DNA of 37,983 bases from the NCBI RefSeq assembly GCF_001194135.2, contig NC_068990.1, forward strand, positions 90,862,460 through 90,900,442, read 5' to 3'. A model generated the notes under the pieces. That model saw only the letters and a program-made list of their open reading frames with translations, searched no databases and was not told the DNA's origin. Each line of letters starts with the position of its first letter. The first letter of the stretch is position 1. The DNA is from Octopus bimaculoides (Eukaryota). Positions 22,852 to 35,050 of this stretch are shown one piece after another. Made by a program: the position numbers and the translations under genes.

Positions 22852-22897
<46 letters not shown>

Positions 22898-22930
22898 CAC
22901 ACGCACACACACAAACACGCATATGTATAA

Positions 22931-22979
<49 letters not shown>

Positions 22980-24040
22980 TTTCATAATGTTGAACCGTTA
23001 ATCCAGACACATTTTTTCTCCCACCCCCTCTCTCTCTCTCTTCAAAACGTAATCCACAGTTCAGATAGGTCCTCGGCCAGTTGTTCTAGCCTTTTGCGCT
23101 AAGAGATTAACGAAAATAAGCTGACCTTTTGATTTTTCTCGGGGCAATTCATCGATCAAAGCTGAATAGCTATGAAAAATCTTTTGTTTTCGCTTTCCTT
23201 AATTTAGTTACGAATAGGATGAATACGTGAAGCCAAATAGCTTTCTTTCTCTTTGGGTCGACCCGTCTTCAATCAAAGAGCAGCTCGTTCAGTATGCTGA
23301 TTAACGCGCGAGGGTAGATTTATCCTCCTTTTTATCTATTTACATTTCATTGACTTCGTCTTTCACTGGTAGTCACAGAGATGAATGAAACTGTCTTTTA
23401 AAGAATGGACTGGAGATCTACAAATAACTCGTGTGCACAAACAACTATATTGTACCAACTTAATGAAGGGTCATCTTAATAAGCAATTACAGGATTCAGT
23501 ATAGTTTCTATGTAACGAATTTCACTTGCGAGACGGTGATCAATGAGAACACGAAATCACATAATTACTAACAGAATGTTTTAACCAGACAGCATTTAAG
23601 CCTGTGTCTTAATCGTTGCAGGCAGGGAAACAGATGCCCTGTTATTTATTTATTTATTTATTCTTCTTTTTTTTGTGTTTTTTTTCTTTTATCACAATAC
23701 AACGCCACAGTTTCTCGCATATGTTACAACATTCATCACCAGCACCACCAGCACCACCAGCACCAACACCACCACCATCACCACCACCATCACCACTACC
23801 ACCACCACCACCACCACCACCACCAATATCTGAGTGACTCACTGACATTCTCCAAGTGTCTATTTATTTCCACAATTTACAAACTCTCATTTCCATTGTC
23901 ACATGACAAAACCCCATGTACATATGTTAAAGTTCATAGGGAACGTTAAGGGATGTTGTTGTTGTTGTCGTCTCTTACTGTTAAACAGATAAAGGACCAA
24001 CTACATCCTGGTTTTAAGCGTTGAGGCTTAGGCCTGCTTA

Positions 24041-24105
<65 letters not shown>

Positions 24106-24312
24106 GCGCTGGATATCTTCAGTTTTTGTCCTGCACTCAGGCGGCCGTACTGTGATGGCAGTTATTATTAAAAAGAAGACCCCCATGAATACAGTAAAAT
24201 CCGGGATGTAGGGAAGCATTTGATGATGGCCCGTGTCAGTAGCAATTTGCGCACCAAAGAATTTCAAAGAAGCGGTCAATAAGTTTGTTTGCTGTGACGA
24301 GCGTAAAAAGAG

Positions 24313-24342
24313 TAACGTTTCGGCGTATTGTCTTTCGTCAGA
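24313..24342 (-). ncRNA. Degenerate hammerhead-like motif
   Basis: CUGACGA-AAGACAAUACGCC-GAAAC-GUU. The core and the AACGUU palindrome are intact, but stems I and II are poor. Confidence 0.4.
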
Positions 24343-25017
24343 AAATGTAAATGATTGAAAAGGTGCTGTCGTCGCTTTGTGGTTTAAAAAGATGCAATAT
24401 TCGAATGAAAAAACGAAAAGCTCAGCAATCAGGCTTCTCTATTGCACCAAGGCGGATTCTGCTCCATTCCTTTCTTGCAGTTGGAGCTTCATACTATTCC
24501 TCTTGGCGGCGTCGTGAGAACGTCAAGCTCACCATATATGGTATTCTTCGATACGTGTCCTTTCGCCCTTGCAAACGTGTACTTAAACACACACACATAC
24601 ACACATAAACACGCACACACACACACATATATATCTATTCATGTACATATAAAGACACAAGCAAGAAACATACACGTATCCACACATTTAAACATACAAA
24701 AACACATACACATTCAGTCAGAAAGACCCACCTTTACATAGACACACTCTCATATACATATACAGACACATACACACACATGCATACACATGAATACGCG
24801 CGCACGTAGCACATAGTTTGCACGTGTTCGACATCTCACAGGTAAATAGCACAGAGGAATGTAAAACAATTCTTCCCAATGTACAGACTTCAATGACTCA
24901 AATATTTTTTGTGCTGCAACACCTTCAGGTGAGGATAAGCACCGACAGCAGGTGTAAGAAGAGGGACACAGAATCTGAGGGGGCGGAGGATGCTTCTGTT
25001 TGCTGAATCTTATCCCT

Positions 25018-25165
25018 GGGCGAATGGTGAAGAAGTTTGCTTCGCAAGCATAAACGCTCTTGGTTCGATCTCAGCGTAGCACCCTGAGTTAAAGTCATTT
25101 TCTATAGCATCGGGTCAGCCTATGTCATGTTATTTAAAAACTGGATTGAATGGGAAATGTGTTGA
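25018..25165 (+). mobile_element. Highly degenerate SINE family A head
   Basis: GAATGGTGAAGAAGTTTGCTTCGCAA...GGTTCGATCTC...TTCTATAGCATCGGG. Confidence 0.5.
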
Positions 25166-25349
25166 GGGCGGCCAGTCGGGCTGACCCTGCGATTCAAATT
25201 GTGCGGCCCGAGTCATAGAGTTTCGCGCTGATTCTGCCTGAAGATTGCATTGAAATACAGATGTCTGTGGAATATTCAGCTGCTTTACATGTTAATTCAG
25301 GGGTAGATAATTCTGAACCAATTGAAGCCTTATCGTGGAAATCATTATC

Positions 25350-25665
25350 GGACTAATTAACTTCCGCTACATTTAACTTCCGTTAACTCAAATCAACTTG
25401 AGTTAACATTCGTTAACTTCAATTCAATTGAAGTTAAGGGAATTTGTAAGTTTTGGCAATTTTTAAAGGTGTTTTTAGGTGGTTTTTGGATCAGAAACTG
25501 ATTTTTTGTTTGTTCTATAATAAAAGTTAACGTTCACTTTTTATCGTTAGCTTCCGTTACAATAGGAAATAATTAACTGATTAACGGTTATCGAAGTTAA
25601 CTTTTTGGTTAACGGATTAACGATTAGCGAAGTTAACTTTTCGATTAACGGTGCCCACCTTTCGT
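25350..25665. mobile_element. Probable DNA-transposon terminus with an iterated (G)TTAAC motif array
   Basis: More than ten TTAAC/GTTAAC motifs, ending CGGTGCCCACCTTTCGTA. No partner end is seen. Confidence 0.45.
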
Positions 25666-26191
25666 AAATACGGGTACTTGTTTCTCAGGTGCTGAAATTT
25701 AAGACCGTTTGTTGAAACAAAAATAATTACATATAATCCATTCAAAAGCAGACAAACGTTGTTATCTACGCCTAATCTTTTATTTCGTGTCAAAATTTCG
25801 ATAGCTCTCCTCTAACCGCGGAGTGGCCTTTGAAAGGTGTAGCTTTTTCTAAAATAACCAAGTAAAATAAGACATTCATCTTAATGAAAGATTAACGAAA
25901 CCAGAAAGTGGTCGGATCGACTGCAGTTTATCTACCTTTATGGTGATGGAACAGGCGTTGAAATTATTGTTTACTTTTCAGGATGGGGATAGATTTGTTT
26001 AGTGAAAAGGTACACAACATTTCACATTATCAAAGAACTCTGTTTTGGTATGAATGAAATTTTACACACACACACGCGCGCATACATATACACATACACA
26101 TTTACAGATATATACGTACATAAGAATTCATTCATAACAGACATACATGCTTGCTTACATATACATACATACATACACATGGACACATATA

Positions 26192-26227
<36 letters not shown>

Positions 26228-26283
26228 TGTGTGTGTGTGTGTATATATATATATATGCGTGTATATATATATATATATGCGTG

Positions 26284-26342
<59 letters not shown>

Positions 26343-26345
26343 ATG

Positions 26346-26381
<36 letters not shown>

Positions 26382-26647
26382 NNNNNNNNNNNNNNNNNNN
26401 NNNNNNNNNNNNNNNNNNNNNNNNNNNNNNNNNNNNNNNNNNNNNNNNNNNNNNNNNNNNNNNNNNNNNNNNNNNNNNNNNNNNNNNNNNNNNNNNNNNN
26501 NNNNNNNNNNNNNNNNNNNNNNNNNNNNNNNNNNNNNNNNNNNNNNNNNNNNNNNNNNNNNNNNNNNNNNNNNNNNNNNNNNNNNNNNNNNNNNNNNNNN
26601 NNNNNNNNNNNNNNNNNNNNNNNNNNNNNNNNNNNNNNNNNNNNNNN

Positions 26648-26694
<47 letters not shown>

Positions 26695-27288
26695 TGTAGT
26701 GTGTGGGTGTGTATATGAGTGCACACTTGTGCGTGAGTGTGTGTGTCTGTGTGTGCTTCTATGGCCATATGTCTGTTTATGTATGTAGATATTTGCTTCT
26801 CTAAGTAGGTTACTATAAAATGGCTGTTCATTGTACGATGTTATGCATTGTAGGCGGAAATGTCTGTCAACAGTTTAGAAGCCACAGCTTAAATATACAC
26901 TGTCTTCTTTTTTTCTGTATGAGGCTGAGATGGCGTGGAGTTGCGTGCTATCGTATTCCCTGGTGTAGTTAAGACTTGGTAGCGACTTCACGAATGGTGG
27001 GGCATTATTTTGTGAATAAACGATTTCATTTCAAGCAAAAGAACGACTGTGAGTATTTGAATGTATATAGTGTTGTCCCGTTCGATTAGATTGGCTGACT
27101 CATTAGAACCTAACAACCTTCTTTCTGGCTCTTAACATTCAAATCCAGCTGCGGTCAAATTTATTTTTTATCCTTCCAGGGGTCAAAACAAAGAATTGCC
27201 ATTCAGTTATTGGGATCGTTGTCATCGTCAAAGTACCTTTCTCAAATTTCTAGCCTCAAGAGCTTCTTATAGAAATCCTTGCTATTAT

Positions 27289-27458
27289 CAGATAGAATCG
27301 GTAGCGCGCCAGCTTTATGCTCTGAGTTTAAATTCTGCCGACGTCGACTTCCATCCTTTCGAGGTCCATAAAATAAATACCAATCAAGTATTGGGATCGA
27401 TGTAATCAACTTTCTCCACCCCTGAAAAAGTGCTGGCCCTGTACCTGAACTGGAAACC
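27289..27458 (+). mobile_element. Degenerate SINE family B
   Basis: CTGAGTTTAAATTCTGCCGACGTCGACTTCCATCCTTTCGAGGTC...GATCGATGTAATCAAC. Confidence 0.7.
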
Positions 27459-27463
27459 ATATT

Positions 27464-27498
27464 CCTCCTCCTCCTCCTCCTCCTCCTCCTCCATCATC

Positions 27499-27561
<63 letters not shown>

Positions 27562-27660
27562 TTCTTCTTCCTCCTCCTCCTCCTCCTCCTCATCATCATC
27601 ATCTTCTTCTCCTTCTTCTTTTTCTTCTTCTTCTTCGCCACCTCCTCCTCCTCCGCCTTC
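27464..27660. repeat. Compound trinucleotide array (TCC/ATC/TTC)n
   Basis: Direct reading. Confidence 0.92.
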
Positions 27661-28253
27661 GTTGTTATTGTCTGTGATAGACATGATGTCAGTTAAACAA
27701 CTCTCACCTAGATTCCGATTAACCACGTCCAAACTTAACGGGGAAACGTTTCTTTCAGATTATTTTACCGACAGAAGAAGAAAGCTTTGAAACATTCCAG
27801 TGTCCGCCCCCCGTTTTCCTAGGCATGTATGTACGTATATCTAAATATATATACATATATACATTAGGTCCAAATTGCTAATAAGCCAACCATTAAATTT
27901 GTTGTTTATAATTTTACTGCTTTGAAGATCTACTCAGGTTTTCAACGGTTTTTCTTACAAGACTCACAGAGGTAGTTGAGTTTAACCCTTGGCGTTAAGT
28001 GCCGCTGACGAGCAATAAAACGCTATGCATCAAAATCCGAAATCGTTCATTGAGTACAGTGCTTTGTAGCTTTTGAGTTGGTTTAACTCTTGTTTCTAGC
28101 AATAGCTAGTGCTCGTCAATACCTTCTGTCACTTTTGTGACCTCTGTTAATTTTGCCTTTAGCTTCAAATTGCTAAGCCACACATTTAATTTGTTATATA
28201 TATAGAGAGAGAGAGGGGGGAGAGGGAGAGGGAGAGAGAGAGGGAGAGAGAGA

Positions 28254-28288
<35 letters not shown>

Positions 28289-28403
28289 NNNNNNNNNNNN
28301 NNNNNNNNNNNNNNNNNNNNNNNNNNNNNNNNNNNNNNNNNNNNNNNNNNNNNGAGGCACCTTTGCTTTGTATAGATTGAATCACAGTCCACTATCGTTC
28401 TCA

Positions 28404-28434
28404 TGCCACCCGCCGCCGCCACCACCACCACCAT

Positions 28435-28475
<41 letters not shown>

Positions 28476-28690
28476 TACTACTACTACTACTTTACTACTA
28501 CTACTATCATCATCATCATCACCACCGCCGCCACCACTATTTCCACTACGACCATCACCATCATCACCACTACAACCACCATCATCATCACCACCACCAC
28601 CACCACGTCCGCAATTACCACTTCCACTGCGGCCAGGTTGCTGCTGCTGCTACTGCTGCTGCTGCTACTGCTGCTGCTGCTACTACTGTC
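28404..28690. repeat. Compound trinucleotide array (CCA/CTA/CAT/GCT)n
   Basis: Direct reading. Confidence 0.92.
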
Positions 28691-28997
28691 AACCTAGAGA
28701 TCAGGAAAGTCAAGCTGCCGCCCATTTCCGCTAAGAGTTTAAAGACCAGTTGTCAGGTGACGTGTTCGTTCCCCGTTGCAGGTGTTGGTTTGTCTCTCTT
28801 TGAACTTTGGAGGAAACAACATTGCACGGTTTTACAGCAAATTATTCATTACAATCGTTGCCGCCGCCGCCGCCGCCGCCTCCGCTATCACCAACCTCAC
28901 CACCACTTTCGCCCTCACCACTATCTCACAATTATCGCCATACTATATGTTTTATTGTATACCGTGTATGCTTACTTTTCTTCTAATTTTTTGTATC

Positions 28998-29115
28998 TGG
29001 TTCCGTATTCAGTCCAACTGCGTGGCATTTTGGGCAGGTGTCTTCTACTGTAGCCTCGTGTCGACCAAAGCCTTGTGAGTAGATTTGGTAGACGGAAACT
29101 GAAAGAAGCCTGTTG
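28998..29115 (+). mobile_element. SINE family A 5' half
   Basis: GACCAAAGCCTTGTGAGTAGATTTGGTAGACGGAAACTGAAAGAAGCC. Confidence 0.88.
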
Positions 29116-29156
29116 TATATACATATATATATGTATGTATTATTTTCTCTCTTTTA

Positions 29157-29319
29157 TTTTCTCTCCTTGTTTCTTTCTGTGTTCCTTTCTGTGGAAGAGC
29201 GTAGGCTCGAAACGTTAAAGACCTTTTCACTTCGCGAGCGTTAAACTAATATGTCTGTTTGTTGTCTACACCACCTGTCTTCGTCTTTTGTTTTTTTCTA
29301 ATTCTCCTCCACCCTATAT
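29157..29319 (+). mobile_element. Penelope-like terminal fragment, family H2 (copy 2)
   Basis: Homologous to 14090-14250. It ends in TATAT at a gap. Confidence 0.7.
29185..29220 (+). ncRNA. Minimal type I hammerhead-like motif (A6U variant)
   Basis: CUUU-CUGUGGA-A-GAGC(GUAG)GCUC-GAAAC-GUU|AAAG. Confidence 0.65.
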
Positions 29320-29597
29320 NNNNNNNNNNNNNNNNNNNNNNNNNNNNNNNNNNNNNNNNNNNNNNNNNNNNNNNNNNNNNNNNNNNNNNNNNNNNNNNNN
29401 NNNNNNNNNNNNNNNNNNNNNNNNNNNNNNNNNNNNNNNNNNNNNNNNNNNNNNNNNNNNNNNNNNNTATGCACGTAGGTAAGAAGGTGATTAAATAAAA
29501 TTTGTGAAAAGTGTAAAATTGTTTTTGTGTTTTATTTTTTTTATGCCCAAAGCTCGGATACTTTTTGAAAGCACCTTGTATATTGTATAAATATTAG

Positions 29598-29664
<67 letters not shown>

Positions 29665-29700
29665 GGATGGATGGATGGATGGATGGATGGATAGATAGAT
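29598..29700. repeat. (GATA)n/(GATG)n microsatellite
   Basis: Direct reading. Confidence 0.95.
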
Positions 29701-29976
29701 GTTAATGCTTGGTTTTATGCGCAGTTATAATAAAAACAACTCTACATTAAACTGACGAATTACTTAAAACATTTAGTAGAGTACATATTTATCATACTTT
29801 GAGAAGAAGAGTGATGATAGTGACTTCGAAATGTCGGCCAGTTAGCCTTCGTCGGGCTAATAATATATGTTTGTGTAAATAAGGAAAAACTTTTCTTTTC
29901 AAACGCTTCACATTAAAGATGCGTGTATGTTCGCAGTTTGTTTAGTCTAGAATAATAAACCTTCTAAAATATATTA

Positions 29977-30015
29977 ATCGACGTTTCAACACCTTCCTGG
30001 TTTCATCATCAGAAT
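29977..30015 (-). ncRNA. Minimal type I hammerhead motif, family H5, canonical core
   Basis: AUU-CUGAUGA-U-GAAACC(AGGAA)GGUGUU-GAAAC-GUC|GAU. Stem II is 6 bp with one mismatch. Confidence 0.68.
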
Positions 30016-30689
30016 GAAATGATGGTGATAGCGGCGCGTTGTTTGAGAGCTTTGCAGCAGGTCGCAAAGTGTCATGGAAACAGATAAGGATAATGTTATA
30101 ACTAAACTGTTCGCATCCACATTATAAATGATACAACGGTTAACTTTGAATTACTCGTGTGCTGATTTTGCTGTGCATTTTTTAATTACGAAAGGCTTCT
30201 ATAGTTATACATTTTATAATTTTATGTTAATTAGATATGATTTGTAGAGGCGGAAACTAATGATCTAAGTTTCTTAAAGAGCATTATAATAAATTATGAT
30301 GGTCAATTATTGCAAAAGCGTAGTCAACTGGAGAGAAAATGTTGCAACATACATATATACATACATACATGCATATATGTATACATATACATATGTATAT
30401 ATATATATACATGCATATATGTATACATATACATATGTATATATATATACATGTATGTGTGTATACTTTAATATATATAATAGCGCAAGCATTAACAATG
30501 GAAATAATTAACTAATCAATTAATTAAACCACTACATAACGTTATGATTAATGTGTTGTTATGCAAATTAGGGCAGATTTCTTTTTTGATCCTATTTTTA
30601 AACAAGTCCTGTACTAATTAGTTGGTTGTGGTAATTAAAAATTATATCGTCCAACACTCTTAACTCTCAACGTTCAGGCTTTGTTACAT

Positions 30690-31020
30690 CTTTTCACTTT
30701 GATTTTAATTGTTTCTGTCATTGGAGTGTGACCATGCTGGGGCACCGCCTGAAGGGTTTTAGTTGAACAAACAGACCCTCAAGACTTATTACTTTTTTAA
30801 GTCTGGCACTTAGGTTCTGGTGACGAGCCGCTATGTTAGGGAAGCGTAAACAAACCAACAGTGGTTGTCAAGCGTTGGGGGAGTGAGAAACGAAGGCACA
30901 AAGACACATACACATCGACATATATCTATATCTGCCAAATTCATAATGGGCCCCGGGCCATAGTCGAAGCTACATGTTCTAAGTTCCACGCAGTGACTCT
31001 GAATTCCAAACCATGTGGCT
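30690..31020 (-). mobile_element. Degenerate SINE family A (both halves)
   Basis: CCATGCTGGGGCACCGCC, GGTTGTCAAGCG and TTCCACGCAGTG...AAACCATGTGG. Confidence 0.7.
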
Positions 31021-31414
31021 TACTTACATAGATACATGAAACGGTGTAAATTGAAGGAAAATTGGTTGCTATCTCTAGCAAATGATATTGTCTGGAATAT
31101 TGTTATCTTGTTGAGTGGTTTATACGAAGTAATCTCTGCTACGCAACTGGTTGTGATATAAATAATTTTCTTGTCATTGACAAAGAAATATTTGTGGAAT
31201 TAATTTAAAAGAATGGTGAAAAAAAAGAAAAAAGAAAACGGTTATTGGTAATCTTATGTCTGGCATTTTTTTTTTTTTTTTTGTGTAAATGGAACTAGTA
31301 TTTGCTATTGTTCTTGGAGTGTTTTGGTCTTTTATAGTTCTGTCTTTTACAATAGGATGGTCTGGTGTTATAAGAAAAGTTATATTCCTACTTATCAACT
31401 CGACTCAGTTATAT

Positions 31415-31537
31415 GGCACGTGAACAAAACATTCGAGTGAGGTCGTTGCCAGTGCCGCTGGACTGACTCCTGTGCGGGTGGCACGTAAGAAACACCATTT
31501 GAGCGTGGCCGTTGCCTGTACCGACTGACTGGCCCCT
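31415..31537 (+). repeat. About 65-bp minisatellite units running into a 979-nt gap
   Basis: The unit GGCACGT...GAG(T/C)G(A/T)GG(T/C)CGTTGCC(A/T)GT(G/A)CCG...GACTG starts at 31415 and again at 31480. Confidence 0.65.
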
Positions 31538-32516
31538 NNNNNNNNNNNNNNNNNNNNNNNNNNNNNNNNNNNNNNNNNNNNNNNNNNNNNNNNNNNNNNN
31601 NNNNNNNNNNNNNNNNNNNNNNNNNNNNNNNNNNNNNNNNNNNNNNNNNNNNNNNNNNNNNNNNNNNNNNNNNNNNNNNNNNNNNNNNNNNNNNNNNNNN
31701 NNNNNNNNNNNNNNNNNNNNNNNNNNNNNNNNNNNNNNNNNNNNNNNNNNNNNNNNNNNNNNNNNNNNNNNNNNNNNNNNNNNNNNNNNNNNNNNNNNNN
31801 NNNNNNNNNNNNNNNNNNNNNNNNNNNNNNNNNNNNNNNNNNNNNNNNNNNNNNNNNNNNNNNNNNNNNNNNNNNNNNNNNNNNNNNNNNNNNNNNNNNN
31901 NNNNNNNNNNNNNNNNNNNNNNNNNNNNNNNNNNNNNNNNNNNNNNNNNNNNNNNNNNNNNNNNNNNNNNNNNNNNNNNNNNNNNNNNNNNNNNNNNNNN
32001 NNNNNNNNNNNNNNNNNNNNNNNNNNNNNNNNNNNNNNNNNNNNNNNNNNNNNNNNNNNNNNNNNNNNNNNNNNNNNNNNNNNNNNNNNNNNNNNNNNNN
32101 NNNNNNNNNNNNNNNNNNNNNNNNNNNNNNNNNNNNNNNNNNNNNNNNNNNNNNNNNNNNNNNNNNNNNNNNNNNNNNNNNNNNNNNNNNNNNNNNNNNN
32201 NNNNNNNNNNNNNNNNNNNNNNNNNNNNNNNNNNNNNNNNNNNNNNNNNNNNNNNNNNNNNNNNNNNNNNNNNNNNNNNNNNNNNNNNNNNNNNNNNNNN
32301 NNNNNNNNNNNNNNNNNNNNNNNNNNNNNNNNNNNNNNNNNNNNNNNNNNNNNNNNNNNNNNNNNNNNNNNNNNNNNNNNNNNNNNNNNNNNNNNNNNNN
32401 NNNNNNNNNNNNNNNNNNNNNNNNNNNNNNNNNNNNNNNNNNNNNNNNNNNNNNNNNNNNNNNNNNNNNNNNNNNNNNNNNNNNNNNNNNNNNNNNNNNN
32501 NNNNNNNNNNNNNNNN

Positions 32517-32593
<77 letters not shown>

Positions 32594-32895
32594 AAAAAAC
32601 AGCCGTAACCTAACGAAGTTTATAAGCTAATCATTTATTCCTTTGCCGTTTTATTTTCTTATTACCGTTTTACACTCAGCCAACATATCGTTCTGTAACA
32701 AAGCGTATATTTGCATGTATGTATATATGTATGTATGTATGTATGTGTGTGTGTGTGTATGTGTATGTATGTATGTTTGTGTGTATGTATGCATGCATGT
32801 ATGTATGTATGTATGAATCTATGTATGTGTGTATGTGTATTTGTGTGTATGTATGTATGTATGTATGTATGTGTGAATGTGTGTGTATGTATGTA

Positions 32896-32950
<55 letters not shown>

Positions 32951-33834
32951 GTGTGTATGTATGTATGTGTGTGTATGTATGTATGTGTCTATGTATGAAT
33001 GTGTGTGTGTTTATGTATGTGTGTGTATGTATGTACGTATATGTTGAGGCAGTTCGTTACATATCCCAATGCCCCAACAATCACGGGTATGAATCTGAAC
33101 TTGTAGTCTGGGTGGAGTATCTGTAAATTTCTCAGTAGCTCGGCGTAGTTGTTCTCTTTTTCTCTAATCTTTAGTGGGATGTTGACAATGTATGTATGTA
33201 TGTATGTATGTATGTATGGGAATATTTTAATTTTTCTCCTTTATCTATGTTCTTCCTAAGAGAGTCCAAGCCGGTCGCTGACAAAACGACATGATTGAAG
33301 CCAGGTATATATATTCTCATATAACTAAACACGATTCCAGTTGAATCGGAATCGCTAGTTCCTTTAATGGCAATCCAATTGTGTGTATATTCGACGAATT
33401 TTCAAGTGTTGAATGGAAATATCATTATATAGCGTTTAAAAAATCACGATTGGTACTTGGATTTAGAGCCAGAAGAGATGCTATCTCGCCATGCGTGTGT
33501 ACGTGTGAGTGTCTACGTGTTGTGTCATAAGCGGTTAGAAGATAACAGTGTACAATAATTATGGAGTATAAAATGATTTTTTTTTTTCTGTTACTTCAGA
33601 TGTCTCATGAATATTTATCATGTTTCCAAACACTAAAAACAGATGTTGTTAAACAGAACAGTTATAACCATTTGGAACTCTCTGATGATTTATAAGGAAG
33701 TACTTCTCAGCTGATTTTAATAGCAGCCATATTTTTAGAATATGTGCAAAATCGTTTTGCACTTTAATTGAACTTTGACGTTGAGTTGTAAAAGCCAATC
33801 AAATTTAATTTTTAAATAACGATTACAACAACAA

Positions 33835-34030
33835 TTCTAATTTTGGGACGAGGTCAGTAATTTTGAGGGAAGGATGAAAGTCGATTACATCGACCCCAGT
33901 TTTCAACTAGTACTTATTTTATCAATCACGAGAGGATAAAACGCTAAGTCGACCACATGTAGTATTGAACTCAGAACGTAAAGGAAATACTTGTAAGCGC
34001 TTTGTCCGGCGCGTCCAAGATTCTACTAAT
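33835..34030 (-). mobile_element. Degenerate SINE family B
   Basis: GTCGATTACATCGACCCCAGT...AAGTCGAC...TTGAACTCAGAACGTAA. Confidence 0.78.
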
Positions 34031-34483
34031 AATAACAGTGACAATAATTTATTTATAAATGAAACTTAGATACACAGTTTTCCTTTTCTGAAATATGAGC
34101 CAATTATGTTACATCGTTGCAGAAAATGTTTGATAATTTTTTAAGTATCCAATTTTAACTTAACTCAACGTAAAAGGAGGAGGAAGCTCAGAAGTGATTC
34201 TTGTACCAGAACACAACACGGATCTAGTATTTTTCATTCGCAAAATATGCATTCTTTTAAAAAGAAGTAAAAAAATATCTGAAAGTGGGCTATGATAAAG
34301 TAGTCCTCCAGTCTCATTACTTTGAAGGTATGATGTTGTGGAGAAAAAAAAAACTGGAGAAGAAAGTTACAGAGGTTTAAAAATCGAAAAAACTGTGTAT
34401 TTATAGCCAATAGCGAAACAGAAATTTTCTGCGTTTAGCGGAGCGGTGTCAACTTTAAGGTTGTATCCTGTGAAATTTGTAGT

Positions 34484-34677
34484 TTAGCACACCGGGCGAA
34501 ATGCTTAGCGGTATTCCATCTGTCTGTACGTTCTGAGTTCAAATTCTACCGAGGCCGACTTTGCCTTTCATCCTTTCGGGGTCGATAAAGTAAGTACCAG
34601 TTGCGTACTGGGTCGATCTAATCGACTGGCCTCCTACCCCAACATTTCCGGCCTTGTGCCCAGAGTAGAAAAGAATA
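34484..34677 (+). mobile_element. SINE family B, nearly complete
   Basis: TTAGCACACCGGGCGAAATGCTTAGCGGTA...GAGTTCAAATTC (B-box-like)...CCTTGTGCCCAGAGTAGAAAAGAAT. Confidence 0.9.
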
Positions 34678-34679
34678 TA

Positions 34680-35050
34680 CCTAACACAGTTGCTAACATA
34701 GATATCAAAACTAACACGAAGAACCAGCTCGCACAGTTATTTAACACAGTTATCACATTTAGTACAACCAGCCAACGCTTCCGTTATGCCTAACAGTCAG
34801 CTCACACAGCTATTGCACCTGACATGACCAGCTAATACAACCAGCCAACACAGCTACCATATCAAACACAATCAGCTAAAACAGTTACCGTACCTAACGC
34901 AACTAGCTAACTCAGACAGCCAACACAACTACCATTCGTAACACTTTTCACAGACGAACATCGCATCAATCGTATTCAGCACCACCAGCTAAAACACCTT
35001 ATACAGCCAACTACTTCCATTGTCCGACATGACACCTAACAAACAAGCTG
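34680..35050. repeat. Cryptic minisatellite (CAGC[T/C]AACACAG[C/T]TAC-like motif)
   Basis: The motif recurs in degenerate form and the strand is strongly A/C-biased. Confidence 0.6.

Noticed and set aside
24840-25010. Possible exon with AG|GT-like sites
   Set aside because: No recognisable protein motif in any frame and no partner exons.
27997-28050. CTGACGA ... GAAA
   Set aside because: Long unpaired spacer with no stems I or II.
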